DNA of 63,896 bases, filler included, from Octopus bimaculoides (lineage: Eukaryota), in the NCBI RefSeq assembly GCF_001194135.2. It is 5 parts of 5 records of this genome, joined end to end, with 100 filler letters (N's around TTAATTAATTAA, not from the genome) between each part and the next. Parts side by side here need not be neighbours in the genome. Positions count along the whole stretch, not along the records: positions 1 to 29,566 come from NC_068981.1; 4 more parts are not named here. One strand, 5' to 3'. A model generated the notes under the pieces. That model was not told where the DNA came from. It saw only the letters and a list, made by a program, of their open reading frames with translations, and ran no database searches. The number at the start of each line of letters is the position of its first letter. Position 1 is the first letter of the stretch. A program made the position numbers and the translations under genes. This document shows positions 11,230 to 24,486 of the stretch, one piece after another.

Positions 11230-12194
11230 NNNNNNNNNNNNNNNNNNNNNNNNNNNNNNNNNNNNNNNNNNNNNNNNNNNNNNNNNNNNNNNNNNNNNNN
11301 NNNNNNNNNNNNNNNNNNNNNNNNNNNNNNNNNNNNNNNNNNNNNNNNNNNNNNNNNNNNNNNNNNNNNNNNNNNNNNNNNNNNNNNNNNNNNNNNNNNN
11401 NNNNNNNNNNNNNNNNNNNNNNNNNNNNNNNNNNNNNNNNNNNNNNNNNNNNNNNNNNNNNNNNNNNNNNNNNNNNNNNNNNNNNNNNNNNNNNNNNNNN
11501 NNNNNNNNNNNNNNNNNNNNNNNNNNNNNNNNNNNNNNNNNNNNNNNNNNNNNNNNNNNNNNNNNNNNNNNNNNNNNNNNNNNNNNNNNNNNNNNNNNNN
11601 NNNNNNNNNNNNNNNNNNNNNNNNNNNNNNNNNNNNNNNNNNNNNNNNNNNNNNNNNNNNNNNNNNNNNNNNNNNNNNNNNNNNNNNNNNNNNNNNNNNN
11701 NNNNNNNNNNNNNNNNNNNNNNNNNNNNNNNNNNNNNNNNNNNNNNNNNNNNNNNNNNNNNNNNNNNNNNNNNNNNNNNNNNNNNNNNNNNNNNNNNNNN
11801 NNNNNNNNNNNNNNNNNNNNNNNNNNNNNNNNNNNNNNNNNNNNNNNNNNNNNNNNNNNNNNNNNNNNNNNNNNNNNNNNNNNNNNNNNNNNNNNNNNNN
11901 NNNNNNNNNNNNNNNNNNNNNNNNNNNNNNNNNNNNNNNNNNNNNNNNNNNNNNNNNNNNNNNNNNNNNNNNNNNNNNNNNNNNNNNNNNNNNNNNNNNN
12001 NNNNNNNNNNNNNNNNNNNNNNNNNNNNNNNNNNNNNNNNNNNNNNNNNNNNNNNNNNNNNNNNNNNNNNNNNNNNNNNNNNNNNNNNNNNNNNNNNNNN
12101 NNNNNNNNNNNNNNNNNNNNNNNNNNNNNNNNNNNNNNNNNNNNNNNNNNNNNNNNNNNNNNNNNNNNNNNNNNNNNNNNNNNNNNNNNNNNNN

Positions 12195-12250
<56 letters not shown>

Positions 12251-12821
12251 GTGTATATATATACATGTGTATATGTATATATGTAAGATTGGAATCACTT
12301 GATGCAAGACAGCTAAACCATTCAGGTTCCAACTCTTAATGTTAATTACATTAGATTTCCATTATCACATGTTCATATGTGTCCTCTGCAGTGAAATGTG
12401 GGCTAGACATAATACAAAGAGGACAGCTGTAATAAGAGAAAAAGAATATGAGCATTGACTCGGTTCTCTTTTACTTCATTTGTTACACGTTTCAGTATTC
12501 TGCGGCAAATGTTGTCACACTATAGTAGCATTCAGTAGATGCACTTCATAGGACCAGCATAATAAGCAAGCTCATCATCAGACAATTCAGAAAGGAAATG
12601 CAAGTGAGAAACAAGCAGTCATCATAGTCACCATCATCATTGTTTAATGTCCACTTTCCCATGCACACATGCATCTGTTAACATGGATTCTCTATGGTCA
12701 GCTGCCCTTCCTCTTACCACATTTCCAAATAAGGTAATATTTCCCTATGACCTAACATGTCTCAGAACACTAGAAACAAAGGACACTGCTTGCATGACTG
12801 ACACTCACTCACAACTATTAC

Positions 12822-12876
<55 letters not shown>

Positions 12877-14451
12877 ATGTATATATATGTATATATATAT
12901 ATCATCATCATCATCATCATCATCATCGTTTAACATCCGCCTTCCATGCTAGCATGGGTTGGNNNNNNNNNNNNNNNNNNNNNNNNNNNNNNNNNNNNNN
13001 NNNNNNNNNNNNNNNNNNNNNNNNNNNNNNNNNNNNNNNNNNNNNNNNNNNNNNNNNNNNNNNNNNNNNNNNNNNNNNNNNNNNNNNNNNNNNNNNNNNN
13101 NNNNNNNNNNNNNNNNNNNNNNNNNNNNNNNNNNNNNNNNNNNNNNNNNNNNNNNNNNNNNNNNNNNNNNNNNNNNNNNNNNNNNNNNNNNNNNNNNNNN
13201 NNNNNNNNNNNNNNNNNNNNNNNNNNNNNNNNNNNNNNNNNNNNNNNNNNNNNNNNNNNNNNNNNNNNNNNNNNNNNNNNNNNNNNNNNNNNNNNNNNNN
13301 NNNNNNNNNNNNNNNNNNNNNNNNNNNNNNNNNNNNNNNNNNNNNNNNNNNNNNNNNNNNNNNNNNNNNNNNNNNNNNNNNNNNNNNNNNNNNNNNNNNN
13401 NNNNNNNNNNNNNNNNNNNNNNNNNNNNNNNNNNNNNNNNNNNNNNNNNNNNNNNNNNNNNNNNNNNNNNNNNNNNNNNNNNNNNNNNNNNNNNNNNNNN
13501 NNNNNNNNNNNNNNNNNNNNNNNNNNNNNNNNNNNNNNNNNNNNNNNNNNNNNNNNNNNNNNNNNNNNNNNNNNNNNNNNNNNNNNNNNNNNNNNNNNNN
13601 NNNNNNNNNNNNNNNNNNNNNNNNNNNNNNNNNNNNNNNNNNNNNNNNNNNNNNNNNNNNNNNNNNNNNNNNNNNNNNNNNNNNNNNNNNNNNNNNNNNN
13701 NNNNNNNNNNNNNNNNNNNNNNNNNNNNNNNNNNNNNNNNNNNNNNNNNNNNNNNNNNNNNNNNNNNNNNATATATATATATATATATATATATATAATT
13801 GATGAAGGAAATGGAAGATAAATTTACCACTAACCTCTATTCAGTATGACGAATGTTTTGACTCATCATGCAACTGTCCGTTATGGCTAGGATATTGTGC
13901 ATCAAATTGTATTGCATCAATCTGTGCAGTTTGTGTCACATCAGGTACATGCCTAAAGAAGGGGATGTCCCTCTAGATATACTGAGTTCTCCTAGGCATG
14001 CTGTTCATGCCTGCTGTATTTTGGTTAAAGACTAGTGCTAAGTCTATTTTTCAGTTTCCTTCATCAGTTATTTTCTCAACTAACAAAGCAGAAAAATTTG
14101 TCAGCAATCAGCTATGGGGCTTGAACCCATATCCCTTTATATAACTCTGGCAAAGTGCTTTACCATTAAGCTAAACTGCCTACTGACAAATCCATCCAGT
14201 TTTTAGATGCTTTTAAAGCTAAACTGTGCAACCAATGTACCACTTCACTCACATTGTATTTGTGAATCTAAGGCTATGATAAAAGATACTTGGCCCAAAA
14301 TGTCAAACAGTGTGAACCTTATAAAAATGCTTAGTCACACACTGCATGACAAGCTTGCATCTATGTTCTGTTACATATTCAATTCTTTCTTTTTTTTTTA
14401 ACACTTTCAACATATAACTTATACATCCTCTTTTCTTTTCTCTTTTTTTAG

Positions 14452-14525
14452 CCTGGTTTACCTCAACATTGTACATCCAACAAATGGACGAGGTGTAAAG
14501 ATCTCTGTAAATGGTTACAGTCAAG
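14452..14525 (+). CDS. Alpha-arrestin (arrestin domain-containing, ARRDC-like) internal exon A: LVYLNIVHPTNGRGVKISVNGYSQ
   Basis: Polypyrimidine tract plus AG at 14450-14451 and GT(CAGT) donor at 14526. The 74 nt give phase 2 in and phase 1 out. It splices in frame to exons B and C, and the peptide resembles the arrestin_N strand pattern G.V.L.....RGI.I...G...V.W. Confidence 0.7.
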
Positions 14526-15000
14526 GTCAGTATTTCTTCATTTGTAACAAAGTTGACCATACTAGCTTGAAATAATCCATTTCTGTTTCTTTATTTCTCC
14601 TCTCTTCATCACCCTTGTTGTTTCCAAACTCTCACATCCTATATTAATCACAATGTGCAATCCTTCTTTCTTAAGAACATCAGCCTTCTGGAAATCCCTT
14701 CCTGCTCAAATCTTTCCCATAGCTGTTGCATTACTAGGGTTCTAGAGAAAACAAAAACATGGCACCAATCTCACCAGTCTAGGAGAGTCTGCAGACAGAG
14801 CAACTTCAACAACCCCCCCCCCCCCAAAAAAAAACAAATGATATTTCTTTGGTGATTCTTTCGTAATTATTAGCTGATGTATCATCAATTCATATGATAC
14901 CATCAGTGTGTAGGAGTGTACCTATGTCAAAAACATTAAGATGTTGCTATGATATGCAAAGATACAAATTTGTCCAATTCCACTATTGTTAATATACATA

Positions 15001-15210
15001 CAACGGGGTGGTGAAAAGCTCCTGGGTAAAAGAAAATACAGGAGGATTAGTTAATTATAATTTTATTCAACATATTCCCCACTCAGATTCACACACTTAT
15101 TGCAGCAGTCATTCAGTTTTTCTAAGCCCTGTAAAAGAACTCAGACGGTTGGGCCTCCAACCAGGTCTTTTACAATACCCTTAAAACCAGGAAATTTTCA
15201 GCACTCCCCT
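15001..15210. mobile_element. mariner-type MITE
   Basis: Imperfect TIRs ..GGGGTGGTGAAAAGCTCCTGG / CCAGGAAATTTTCAGCACTCCCC.. flanked by TA. Confidence 0.6.
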
Positions 15211-15972
15211 TATATACATGTGTATTGTGTGTGTTACTGTCTCCTTGCCTTGACATCATGTGATAGTTGTAAATGCGTGTCACCATAATGCAAATGATGT
15301 CCTTCATTTCCAATATTATGTGCAAACATATTTGGTCTTGGGGAAATATTTCCTTACAATGGAAACAGGTGTGAGTTGGTGACAAGAAGGACATCTGGCT
15401 GTAGAAAATCCATCTCAACAAATTCCATCTGGACCCATGCAAGCATGGGAAACTGGGAATTGAAGTGATGATGATGATGATATCATTTAACTGTCATTTT
15501 TCCATGTTTCCATGGGAAGGATAGAATTTTGAGGCAGATTTTCTAGGGCTGGATGTTATGTTTTCATGGAAGATTAGATATGAACAACCTCACTTGTATG
15601 ATGATGAGGCTTATTTGCAACCATTAGAAATGGATACATGCAATCACATAAACATTACATACATCCAAATTAACCTTCATCACCACCACCACTATCATCA
15701 ATCCCAACATAACTACTGTCAATACCAAAACCTATACAATTCAGTGATGTTACCAAAATACCAATTCCTTAATGATCAACAATAACAGCAACTACAATTG
15801 TATGAACACAATAAACAACTCCATCTAAAATAAGAGACAATGACATGATATAATATGGTACTCTTGTGTATTCTAAAGTTGAATGAAATACTCTGAATGT
15901 TAGATCAATGAGGATTAACTTGAAACTAAACAGCAGGAACAATATAATAAAAAAAACACTATAACCACCACC

Positions 15973-16004
<32 letters not shown>

Positions 16005-16479
16005 CAACAACAACAGCAGCAGCAGCACAAAAAATTATACGGCTAACATCATTACCACTACTAACCCACCAACTTTTGAATAACTGATTGGAAACAGCAA
16101 CAATAGTATGAACAAGATAACAATAGCAATGTCTGTAGCTATATATGTAATATGCCAGCATAATGTGCTTTTGTGTGTGAGTAGAGTGTAGACATTTTAA
16201 GGATCAAGTCAAAGGTGCAAGGAGCGAAGTGCCTAAGGACCTGATAACCCTTCAACTAACTGTATCCATACAGTACTTCCTCCCATCTCACCCCTTCACC
16301 TTTTTATCCTATCTCAGACCTTCACCCTTTCATTTTCTCATTTCCATTATTACATCCATAGGAGTATGATGACAATATTTTGCTCACATGAAACAGTTCT
16401 TATCCTGGTGTAATTTTTTTAATTACATATTTGTCATGGATAGTTATTGATTATCACTGCTGGTGGATATACCTACAAT

Positions 16480-17580
16480 TCAAAGATGTCTGGAAAGAAG
16501 CCATTAAATAAAATTGAAGGTTGTAGCATGAAAATTAACAATAAAAGGATTACACTGGATATTAAACTTGAAGCTTTAAAGTTGCAAGATGAGGGAGGAA
16601 AAAGCAACCACAAGCTTACAACATCTGCAGTGCAAACAATAAGTGATAATAGAGAAAAAAAAATTAAGTCTAGCATTTAAGAACTTAACTCTGTTAACTG
16701 CTCAGGCCTTATTTTTTCGTAGACCCAACGTGATATTTAAAATGGGGTGGCTTTTGGATGTATAGATCAAGGATCAAACTCAATGCATTGTGCCAACATG
16801 CAGGATAGAAAAAAAAAGTCAAAATTTGTATGGTGATTAGCAGAAAAAAAAAAAGATGAAAGTTCTAACTTAAAACCTTTTCTGGTCAGTAAAGGGTGGT
16901 TTGAAAAGTTTTACAAGCTCTTAAATTTGCACAACGTATCATTTACTGACAAAGCTAATAGTGCTGATCTAGAAACTGTTACTAATTATCCTAAGCGGTT
17001 GAAAGATTATTGCTGGTGTGGAATATACACCATAGCAAGAATACAATATTAGCAAAACCTCATGCCTACTACAACTTTTATTTCTCAAGAAGCAAAATAA
17101 ACACTAGGATTCAAAACTTCCAGAAATCATCTGATGCTTCTGGGAGAAAATGCTACTGAAATTAAAGTCCCTACTTGTGTATCACTTTTAAGGGTTACAC
17201 AAACTGTATTTTGTTTCTTATTTGGCTTATATATGAGAAAACATGGATGACTAAAAGCTTTTCATAGAGTAGTTTACAAACAATTTTTTTGTCTTACTGT
17301 GGAAAGCTGCAATGCCATACATAATATTTCCAACAAAGCATTGCTCCTTTTACTCAATGCACCAAGTACCCCATTGAACTTAAAAAAGCTTTCTAATAAT
17401 GTGAGAGTAGAATATACCCCCAAGAATATAACTTCTTTGCTCCTGGCAATAGATCAAAGTTTGATAATCACCTTCAAGGAATACTATTTGAGAAAAACTT
17501 TCAAACACCTTATGAAAGCAATTGATAGGGAGGTTATTCATTCAGTGATAGATTTCTTTGATTATACAATATCGTTAATT
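16480..17580 (+). pseudogene. Tigger/pogo transposase remnant (CENP-B HTH plus DDE_1)
   Basis: KRITLDIKLEALK...LTTSAVQTI; SKGWFEKF; LLLL(D)NAP..P; P.N.TSLL...DQ.LI.TFK.YYLR.TF. Multiple disablements. Confidence 0.8.
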
Positions 17581-17597
17581 GTTTAATTATGACTTAG

Positions 17598-17605
17598 GTT
17601 ATATA

Positions 17606-17641
<36 letters not shown>

Positions 17642-17853
17642 TGTATGTATGTATGTATGTATATGTATGTATATGTGTATATGTATATATATGTGCATAT
17701 GTATATATATGTATATATATATATATATATGTATATGTATATATATATATGTATAAGTATATATATGTGTATATGTATGTATGTATATATATCTATCTAT
17801 ATCTATATCTATTTATCTATCTATCTATATATATATATACATATATATGTATG

Positions 17854-17902
<49 letters not shown>
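17598..17902. repeat. Representative compound (TATG)n/(TA)n microsatellite abutting an N gap; most N gaps in the window are flanked by such tracts
   Basis: Direct reading. Confidence 0.95.
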
Positions 17903-18248
17903 NNNNNNNNNNNNNNNNNNNNNNNNNNNNNNNNNNNNNNNNNNNNNNNNNNNNNNNNNNNNNNNNNNNNNNNNNNNNNNNNNNNNNNNNNNNNNNNNNN
18001 NNNNNNNNNNNNNNNNNNNNNNNNNNNNNNNNNNNNNNNNNNNNNNNNNNNNNNNNNNNNNNNNNNNNNNNNNNNNNNNNNNNNNNNNNNNNNNNNNNNN
18101 NNNNNNNNNNNNNNNNNNNNNNNNNNNNNNNNNNNNNNNNNNNNNNNNNNNNNNNNNNNNNNNNNNNNNNNNNNNNNNNNNNNNNNNNNNNNNNNNNNNN
18201 NNNNNNNNNNNNNNNNNNNNNNNNNNNNNNNNNNNNNNNNNNNNNNNN

Positions 18249-18292
<44 letters not shown>

Positions 18293-19193
18293 CACACACA
18301 CACACACACTCTCGGAGTGGTTGGCGTTAGAAAGGGCATCCAGCTGTAGAAACTCTGCCAGATCAGATTGGAGCCTGGTGCAGCCTTCTGGCTTGCCAGT
18401 CCTCAGTCAAATCATCCAACCCATGCTAGCATGGAAAGCGGACGTTAAACAATGATGATGATGATGATGATATATGTAATGATACTTTATTCAGTACAAT
18501 GAAGGCAATGCTTCTCTGATGAAATCATAATAATCCTTTTTTACTATAAGCACAAGGCCTGAAATTTTGTGTGATGGGGCTTGTTGATTACATTGATCTC
18601 AGTGCTGAACTGCTACTTAGTTTTTCAACCTTTGAAATGATGAAAGACATAGCCAACCTCAGCAGAATTTGAACATAAAGCACAAAGATGGACGAAATGT
18701 TGCTGATGATTCTGGCAGCTTGCTACCTTTGATGGAATCATAATAATAAAAATAAAATAGTGATAATAATCATTGAATGATCCTTTGTTATAGGTGCAGG
18801 GCTTAAAATTTTTTGGGGTAGAATGGGGCTAAATGATTACATCAACTCCCTGTGCTCAGCTGGTGAGTGGCTGTGTGGTAAGTAGCTTGCTTACCAACCA
18901 CATGGTTCTGGGTTCAGTCCCACTGGATGGCATCTTGGGCAAGTGTCTTCTACTATAGGCTTGTCCCAACCAAAGCCTTATCGGTGAATTTGGTAGACAG
19001 AAACTGAAAGAAGCCCATCATATATATATATATACATATATATATATAGTGTAAACAGAATTAGTGGTTATAATATCCGTATATACTATCAGTATCCATT
19101 ACCTGTGTTATCCCCGGATATTTGTGTGCAGGCACATTATGCACATAAAGTGCAGGTAACAACAGGATAAACAAGTGTTTATCAGGAAACAAA

Positions 19194-19908
19194 TACAAAT
19201 AATCAGAAAATGGAAAAAACCTCAGATTAACAAACACATCGATTGGAACATATTTATAGCTTATTTTTTAATACAAAGCATGACATAACAAATAGGTGAC
19301 GTAACAAATCTTACAGCCGTTTCTGATCTGTTGCCAAATGCTATCTATAAATAATCGCGAAAATAAAGTTCTTCATCTTCATAGGACATTCGAATTAAGG
19401 CACGGAGCTTCGTCAGAGTAAAAGACAAGAAGAGCATCCATTATAAACAAAGGGAAGAAGGAAAAGGAAAGAAAACATGACCTAGAAAAGAAGTCTAGAA
19501 GCCCAATATATTAAAAGCATATAATTTACCATTCTTGGGGCTACGAGGTCTGTAGGTAAAAAATCTTTTACCTACGAACCTTGTAGCCCCAAGATGGTAG
19601 ATTATATGCTTTTAATATATTGGGCTTCTAGACTTCTTTTCTAGGTCATGTTTTCTTTCCTTTTCCTTCTTCCCTTTATTTATATTGGATGCTCTTGTTT
19701 TTTACTCTGACAAAGCTCCATGAAGATGAAGAACTTTATTTTCACAATTATTTATAGACAGCTTTTGGCAACAGATTGGAAACGGCTGTAAGATTTGTTA
19801 CGTCACCCATTTGTTATGTCATGCTTTGTATTAAAAAATAAGCTATAAATATGTTCCAATCGATGTGTTTGTTAATCTGAGGTTTTTTCCATTTTCTGAT
19901 TATTTGTA
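19194..19908. repeat. ~715-bp near-perfect palindrome (Penelope pLTR-like inverted pair)
   Basis: Arms 19194-19561 and 19566-19908 are reverse complements with a 4-nt loop and one indel of ~25 nt. Confidence 0.92.
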
Positions 19909-20419
19909 TATATATATATGTAAATGTTTGTGTGTCTGTGTTTGTCCCCCCACCATCGCTTGACAACCGATGTTGGTATGTTTACATCCCTGTAACTTAG
20001 TGGTTCAGCAAAAGCGACTGATAGAATAAGTACAAGGCTTACAAAGAATAAGTCCTGGGGTCAATTTGTTTGACTAAAGGCAGTGCCCCAGCACTGCCTT
20101 TGTCAAATGACTGAAACAAGTAAAAGAATAAAAAAATAAAGGTTGAAATGCAAAATTGACCCCTGCAGATTTTGAACTCAGAGCATAGAAATAGATCAAA
20201 CGTCACTAAACATTTTGTCCCGCATACTAATAATTCTACAAGCTCACTGCCCTAAATTAGTCATTGAATGATGTCTTATACTTTTTAATTCAGTTGTATT
20301 TCCTTTTAGTATCTTAATTTTCCATGCATGACATATATAATTGCTTATCTTATAACTTGTTTTTAAAAAATATATTATACATACAGAATTAAAATATGTT
20401 TTCTCTTATTAATTTTCAG

Positions 20420-20530
20420 TAAAATATAGTTCAAAGTCAAAGGACATTCCTTCATCAGAAATTGTACAAGAGTTACAAGCTGAAAAGAACTACATTAAAT
20501 GTCAAGATGTAGTTTTATATGTATCAGAAG
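20420..20530 (+). CDS. Alpha-arrestin exon B: (V)KYSSKSKDIPSSEIVQELQAEKNYIKCQDVVLYVSE
   Basis: TTTTCAG acceptor and G|GTTGGT donor. The 111 nt are phase 1/phase 1, and only this frame is open. Phase is compatible with exons A and C. Confidence 0.7.
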
Positions 20531-20853
20531 GTTGGTTACCTTAATGTTTTTTCCTTAGGTACTAAGTTATTTTCTTAAGCAGAAGGTGTATAGTTGTTTA
20601 TCCAAATCTGTCAATATGTTATCAGTAGTACTTTTTTTGTAAGAGTTAAAACTTTAATATGTCTGAACTTAAAAATCAGATACACAAAGCATGACAATAT
20701 GTTGAAGACTGACTAGCAATTTGTATCACCACCTTTGTTCCACTCCACAGCACTGTGGGCATGTGTCTTCTTCTATAGCCCTGGGCTGATCAAAATTTTG
20801 TGAGTGGATTTGGTAGATGGAAATGGAAAGAAGTCCATTGCATATATGTGTGT

Positions 20854-20907
<54 letters not shown>

Positions 20908-21019
20908 GTTAAGGGATAATGTAATCCAATGAAAATACTGGTTAGTTACCTATTTAAAAAGTGTTGAATATTACCATTAATATTCAACTGTAAGGTAACT
21001 AGATAAGCTGTGGTTTATA

Positions 21020-21745
21020 TATATTTTAAGAAGATAAGAAAATAGAGAAATACTTAACAATTATGTATTAATTTAAGAATTAGACAACATCTCTGACAGC
21101 TGTTTTTTCGATTCCAGACCTTTATAGGCTAATTACCATAATTAAAACCATTTAAAAGTCGAATCTCATCACAGTTGGCTAAAGATATACAATTAAATGT
21201 TCATATTCCTGCTTGTTGAGTATATGGCTCCAAACTGTTAACTAATAACATTTATAAATGAAGAACATAGTATAAACCTTACAAAGGAGAGGAAGGTTGT
21301 ATATTTATTAGAGTTATAATAAAAGTAAGAATAGAAAAATATATCATTACAGGGTGTTAAATAAAAGAAATTGCGAAAGTAGGTATATGAGTATAATTGG
21401 AATATATTACAATATACTGCAATTATACTTATATACCTACTTTCGCAATTTCTTTTATTTAACACCCTGTAATGATATATTTTTCTATTCTTACTTTTAT
21501 TATAATTCCAATAAATATACTACCTTCCTCCCCTTTGTAAGGTTTATACCATGTTCTTCATTTACAAATTTTATCAGCTAATGGTTTGGAACCATATACT
21601 CAACAAGTAGGAATTTAGCCAACTCTGATTAGATTTGACTTTTAAATGGTCTGGAATCGAAACAGCTATTAGAGATGTCTAATTTTTTAATTAATAAATA
21701 ATTATTAATTATCCCTTTATTTTCTAATCTTCTTAATATATATAT
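21020..21745. repeat. ~725-bp palindrome with hammerhead-like motif in each arm
   Basis: Arms meet at ~21409-21410. The ORF track shows near-identical 75-aa ORFs on both strands (21238-21465 - and 21354-21581 +). Confidence 0.92.
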
Positions 21746-21846
21746 ATATATTATACTCATTTATTGTGGTTTTAATTGTTAATTTTTCTATATGTGATAG
21801 TGGATTTTCATCGATGAGTTCTTGAAACTTGGTTATTTTCCCTAAA

Positions 21847-21888
<42 letters not shown>

Positions 21889-21894
<6 letters not shown>

Positions 21895-22178
21895 GATCAA
21901 GATAGTTATGGCCAGTCAATGTGGTTACCCAGGGTTTCACAGCCATAAAGTGCTTAGCTTTACAACGTCTTAACAGACCCTAATGGCCAGTGGCCTATAA
22001 CCTCTCTTCAAAGTGTGTTCAACAACTAACCATGCAGTCTTTTCTTCCTCCACTTTGAAGAGAGGTTACAGGCCACTGGCCATTAGGGTCTGAAAAGATG
22101 CTGTAAAGCTAAGCACTTTAATGAACGTGAAACCCTGGGTAACCCCACAGACCTGCCATAACTATCTTTATCTAATTA
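21889..22178. repeat. ~290-bp inverted repeat with hammerhead-like motif in each arm
   Basis: Arms 21889-22015 and 22051-22178 with a 35-nt loop. Confidence 0.9.
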
Positions 22179-22889
22179 CTCTACTGCTCTATAACTTAGA
22201 GCGTGCTTCTGTTTTTGATTTATGATTTACTGACTATATATATATATATATATTTCTTTATTGCCCACAGGGGGCTAAACATAGAGGGGACAAACAAAGA
22301 CAGACAAAGGGATTAAGTCGATTACATCGACCCAGTGCGTAACTGGNNNNNNNNNNNNNNNNNNNNNNNNNNNNNNNNNNNNNNNNNNNNNNNNNNNNNN
22401 NNNNNNNNNNNNNNNNNNNNNNNNNNNNNNNNNNNNNNNNNNNNNNNNNNNNNNNNNNNNNNNNNNNNNNNNNNNNNNNNNNNNNNNNNNNNNNNNNNNN
22501 NNNNNNNNNNNNNNNNNNNNNNNNNNNNNNNNNNNNNNNNNNNNNNNNNNNNNNNNNNNNNNNNNNNNNNNNNNNNNNNNNNNNNNNNNNNNNNNNNNNN
22601 NNNNNNNNNNNNNNNNNNNNNNNNNNNNNNNNNNNNNNNNNNNNNNNNNNNNNNNNNNNNNNNNNNNNNNNNNNNNNNNNNNNNNNNNNNNNNNNNNNNN
22701 NNNNNNNNNNNNNNNNNNNNNNNNNNNNNNNNNNNNNNNNNNNNNNNNNNNNNNNNNNNNNNNNNNNNNNNNNNNNNNNNNNNNNNNNNNNNNNNNNNNN
22801 NNNNNNNNNNNNNNNNNNNNNNNNNNNNNNNNNNNTGTATGTATGTATATGTATGTATATGTATGTATATATATATATATATATATATA

Positions 22890-24184
22890 TTGGATCATCC
22901 CATAAATAATGCGGTTTTTTTCATTTGCATGAACTAAAAGTTGAATGGGGACAGGATAAACTACCTCCATCAACTTGCTATTAAAGCAGGTAATAATTTT
23001 ACCTTTTTCTTATTCTTAGTGCAAGTTTCAAAAAGTGCAGTTCGATTTTAACAGTTAGTTTTCAAAGCTATAATGGAAGTGACAAAGGAGCATATTTGAC
23101 ATATTTTGCTTTATGAGTTCAATAAAGGCAACAACACAACGAAAAGTGCAAGGAATACTAATGCAGTATACAAGGATCAGACAATAAGCGTAATCCAGTG
23201 TCAACAGAGGTTCCAGATTTTACCAAGCCAGAAACTACAGCCTAGAAGATGAGCCTCATCCTGAAGGATCTGTAGAGCTTGATGGGGACATCCTGCAAAC
23301 CTTGGTGGAACAAAACCCCATCGTAACTGTTGAGGAACTAGTAGAGAAGCTTGGATTTGGGCATTCAACCATTCCTCAACATCTGCATGCCATTGGAAAA
23401 GTCAGCAAATTGGGTCATTGGGTTCCTCACTAACTCTCCAAGTCTAATCGTATGCAGAGAGAGAATGTGTGCTTTTCTTTGCTGTCATGTCTCATGAATG
23501 AACCTTTTTTGGACCAAATAGTGACTGGTGACAAGAAATGGGTTTGCTATAAAAATGTCAAGCACCAAAGACAGTAGGTAGGGAAAGGAGAAACACCAGT
23601 ACCCCAGGCTAAAGAAGGTTTTCACCCATGTAAGGTGTTGTTATTTGTTTGGTGGGATGTGAAAAGTTTAATCCACTTTGGACTTTTAAACCCAAACCAA
23701 ATAATAACAGAGGAGATCTACTGCGAGCGCTAGAAGAAAAATTACCATCTTTGGTTTCAAGACAAAAGGTTTTCTTTCATCAGGATTATGCTTGGCCACA
23801 TACAGTGAGGATGACATTCCAAAGGCTCGAGCAGTTTGAAATAGATGCCCCACCCCACATATTCACCAGATTATCATTTATTCTGCCGATTATCGTTTAT
23901 TCCGCAGTCTTCAAAATCATTTGGACAAAAAAAATCTGAATTTTCTAGATGAGGTCAGAACAGTACTGGAGGAATATTTTTTGTCATAGACAAGCGAATT
24001 TTGGAAGAGAAGCCTTACAAGTCTACCAGATAGATGGAAGAACATTGTAGAAAATGAAGGAGAGTATATTTTAGATTAAGAAAGAACTTTGTTTATCTTA
24101 ATTTGCAAAGTAAAAGAATACAGTTCTATATAATGTAAAGTAAAAGAAGTTTAAAAAACCTGCACTATTTATGGGATGACCCAA
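22890..24184 (+). mobile_element. Full-length but disabled mariner (DD34D-type) transposon; transposase ~23073-24079
   Basis: TIRs TTGGATCATCCCATAAATAATGCGG / CTGCACTATTTATGGGATGACCCAA with TA TSD. MEVTKEHI..ILLYEF.KG, WVPH, IVTGDKKW, FFHQD.A.PH and LPDRW...VENEGEYILD*, with several stops and frameshifts. Confidence 0.95.
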
Positions 24185-24418
24185 TATATGCATATATGAG
24201 TATATATATGATAGGGATTAAGAAAGTAATGCAATTTTTATTTACATTAATATTTGACTCATCCATGGGGATATATTACCTTGCTTGTAAACAAGTGAGG
24301 GTTGGTGACTGGAAGGGCAGCCAGCAGGAGATTTACCTCAACAAATTCCTTCTGACCCATGCGAGCGTAGAAAAGTAGGCATCAAACAACGATGATGATG
24401 ATGATACACATACACATG

Positions 24419-24486
<68 letters not shown>

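Noticed and set aside
13845-13944. Cys-rich candidate exon (YDECFDSSCNCPLWLGYC...) or a candidate arrestin first exon (MARILCIKL... in the phase-2 frame)
   Set aside because: It has AG/GT ends, but the fully open frame ends in phase 1, incompatible with exon A. The phase-2 frame lacks the expected Y.PG motif. Unresolved without RNA data.
19000-22200. CRISPR-like or prokaryotic features
   Set aside because: No regularly spaced repeat-spacer array or operon-like ORFs; the sequence is plainly eukaryotic.
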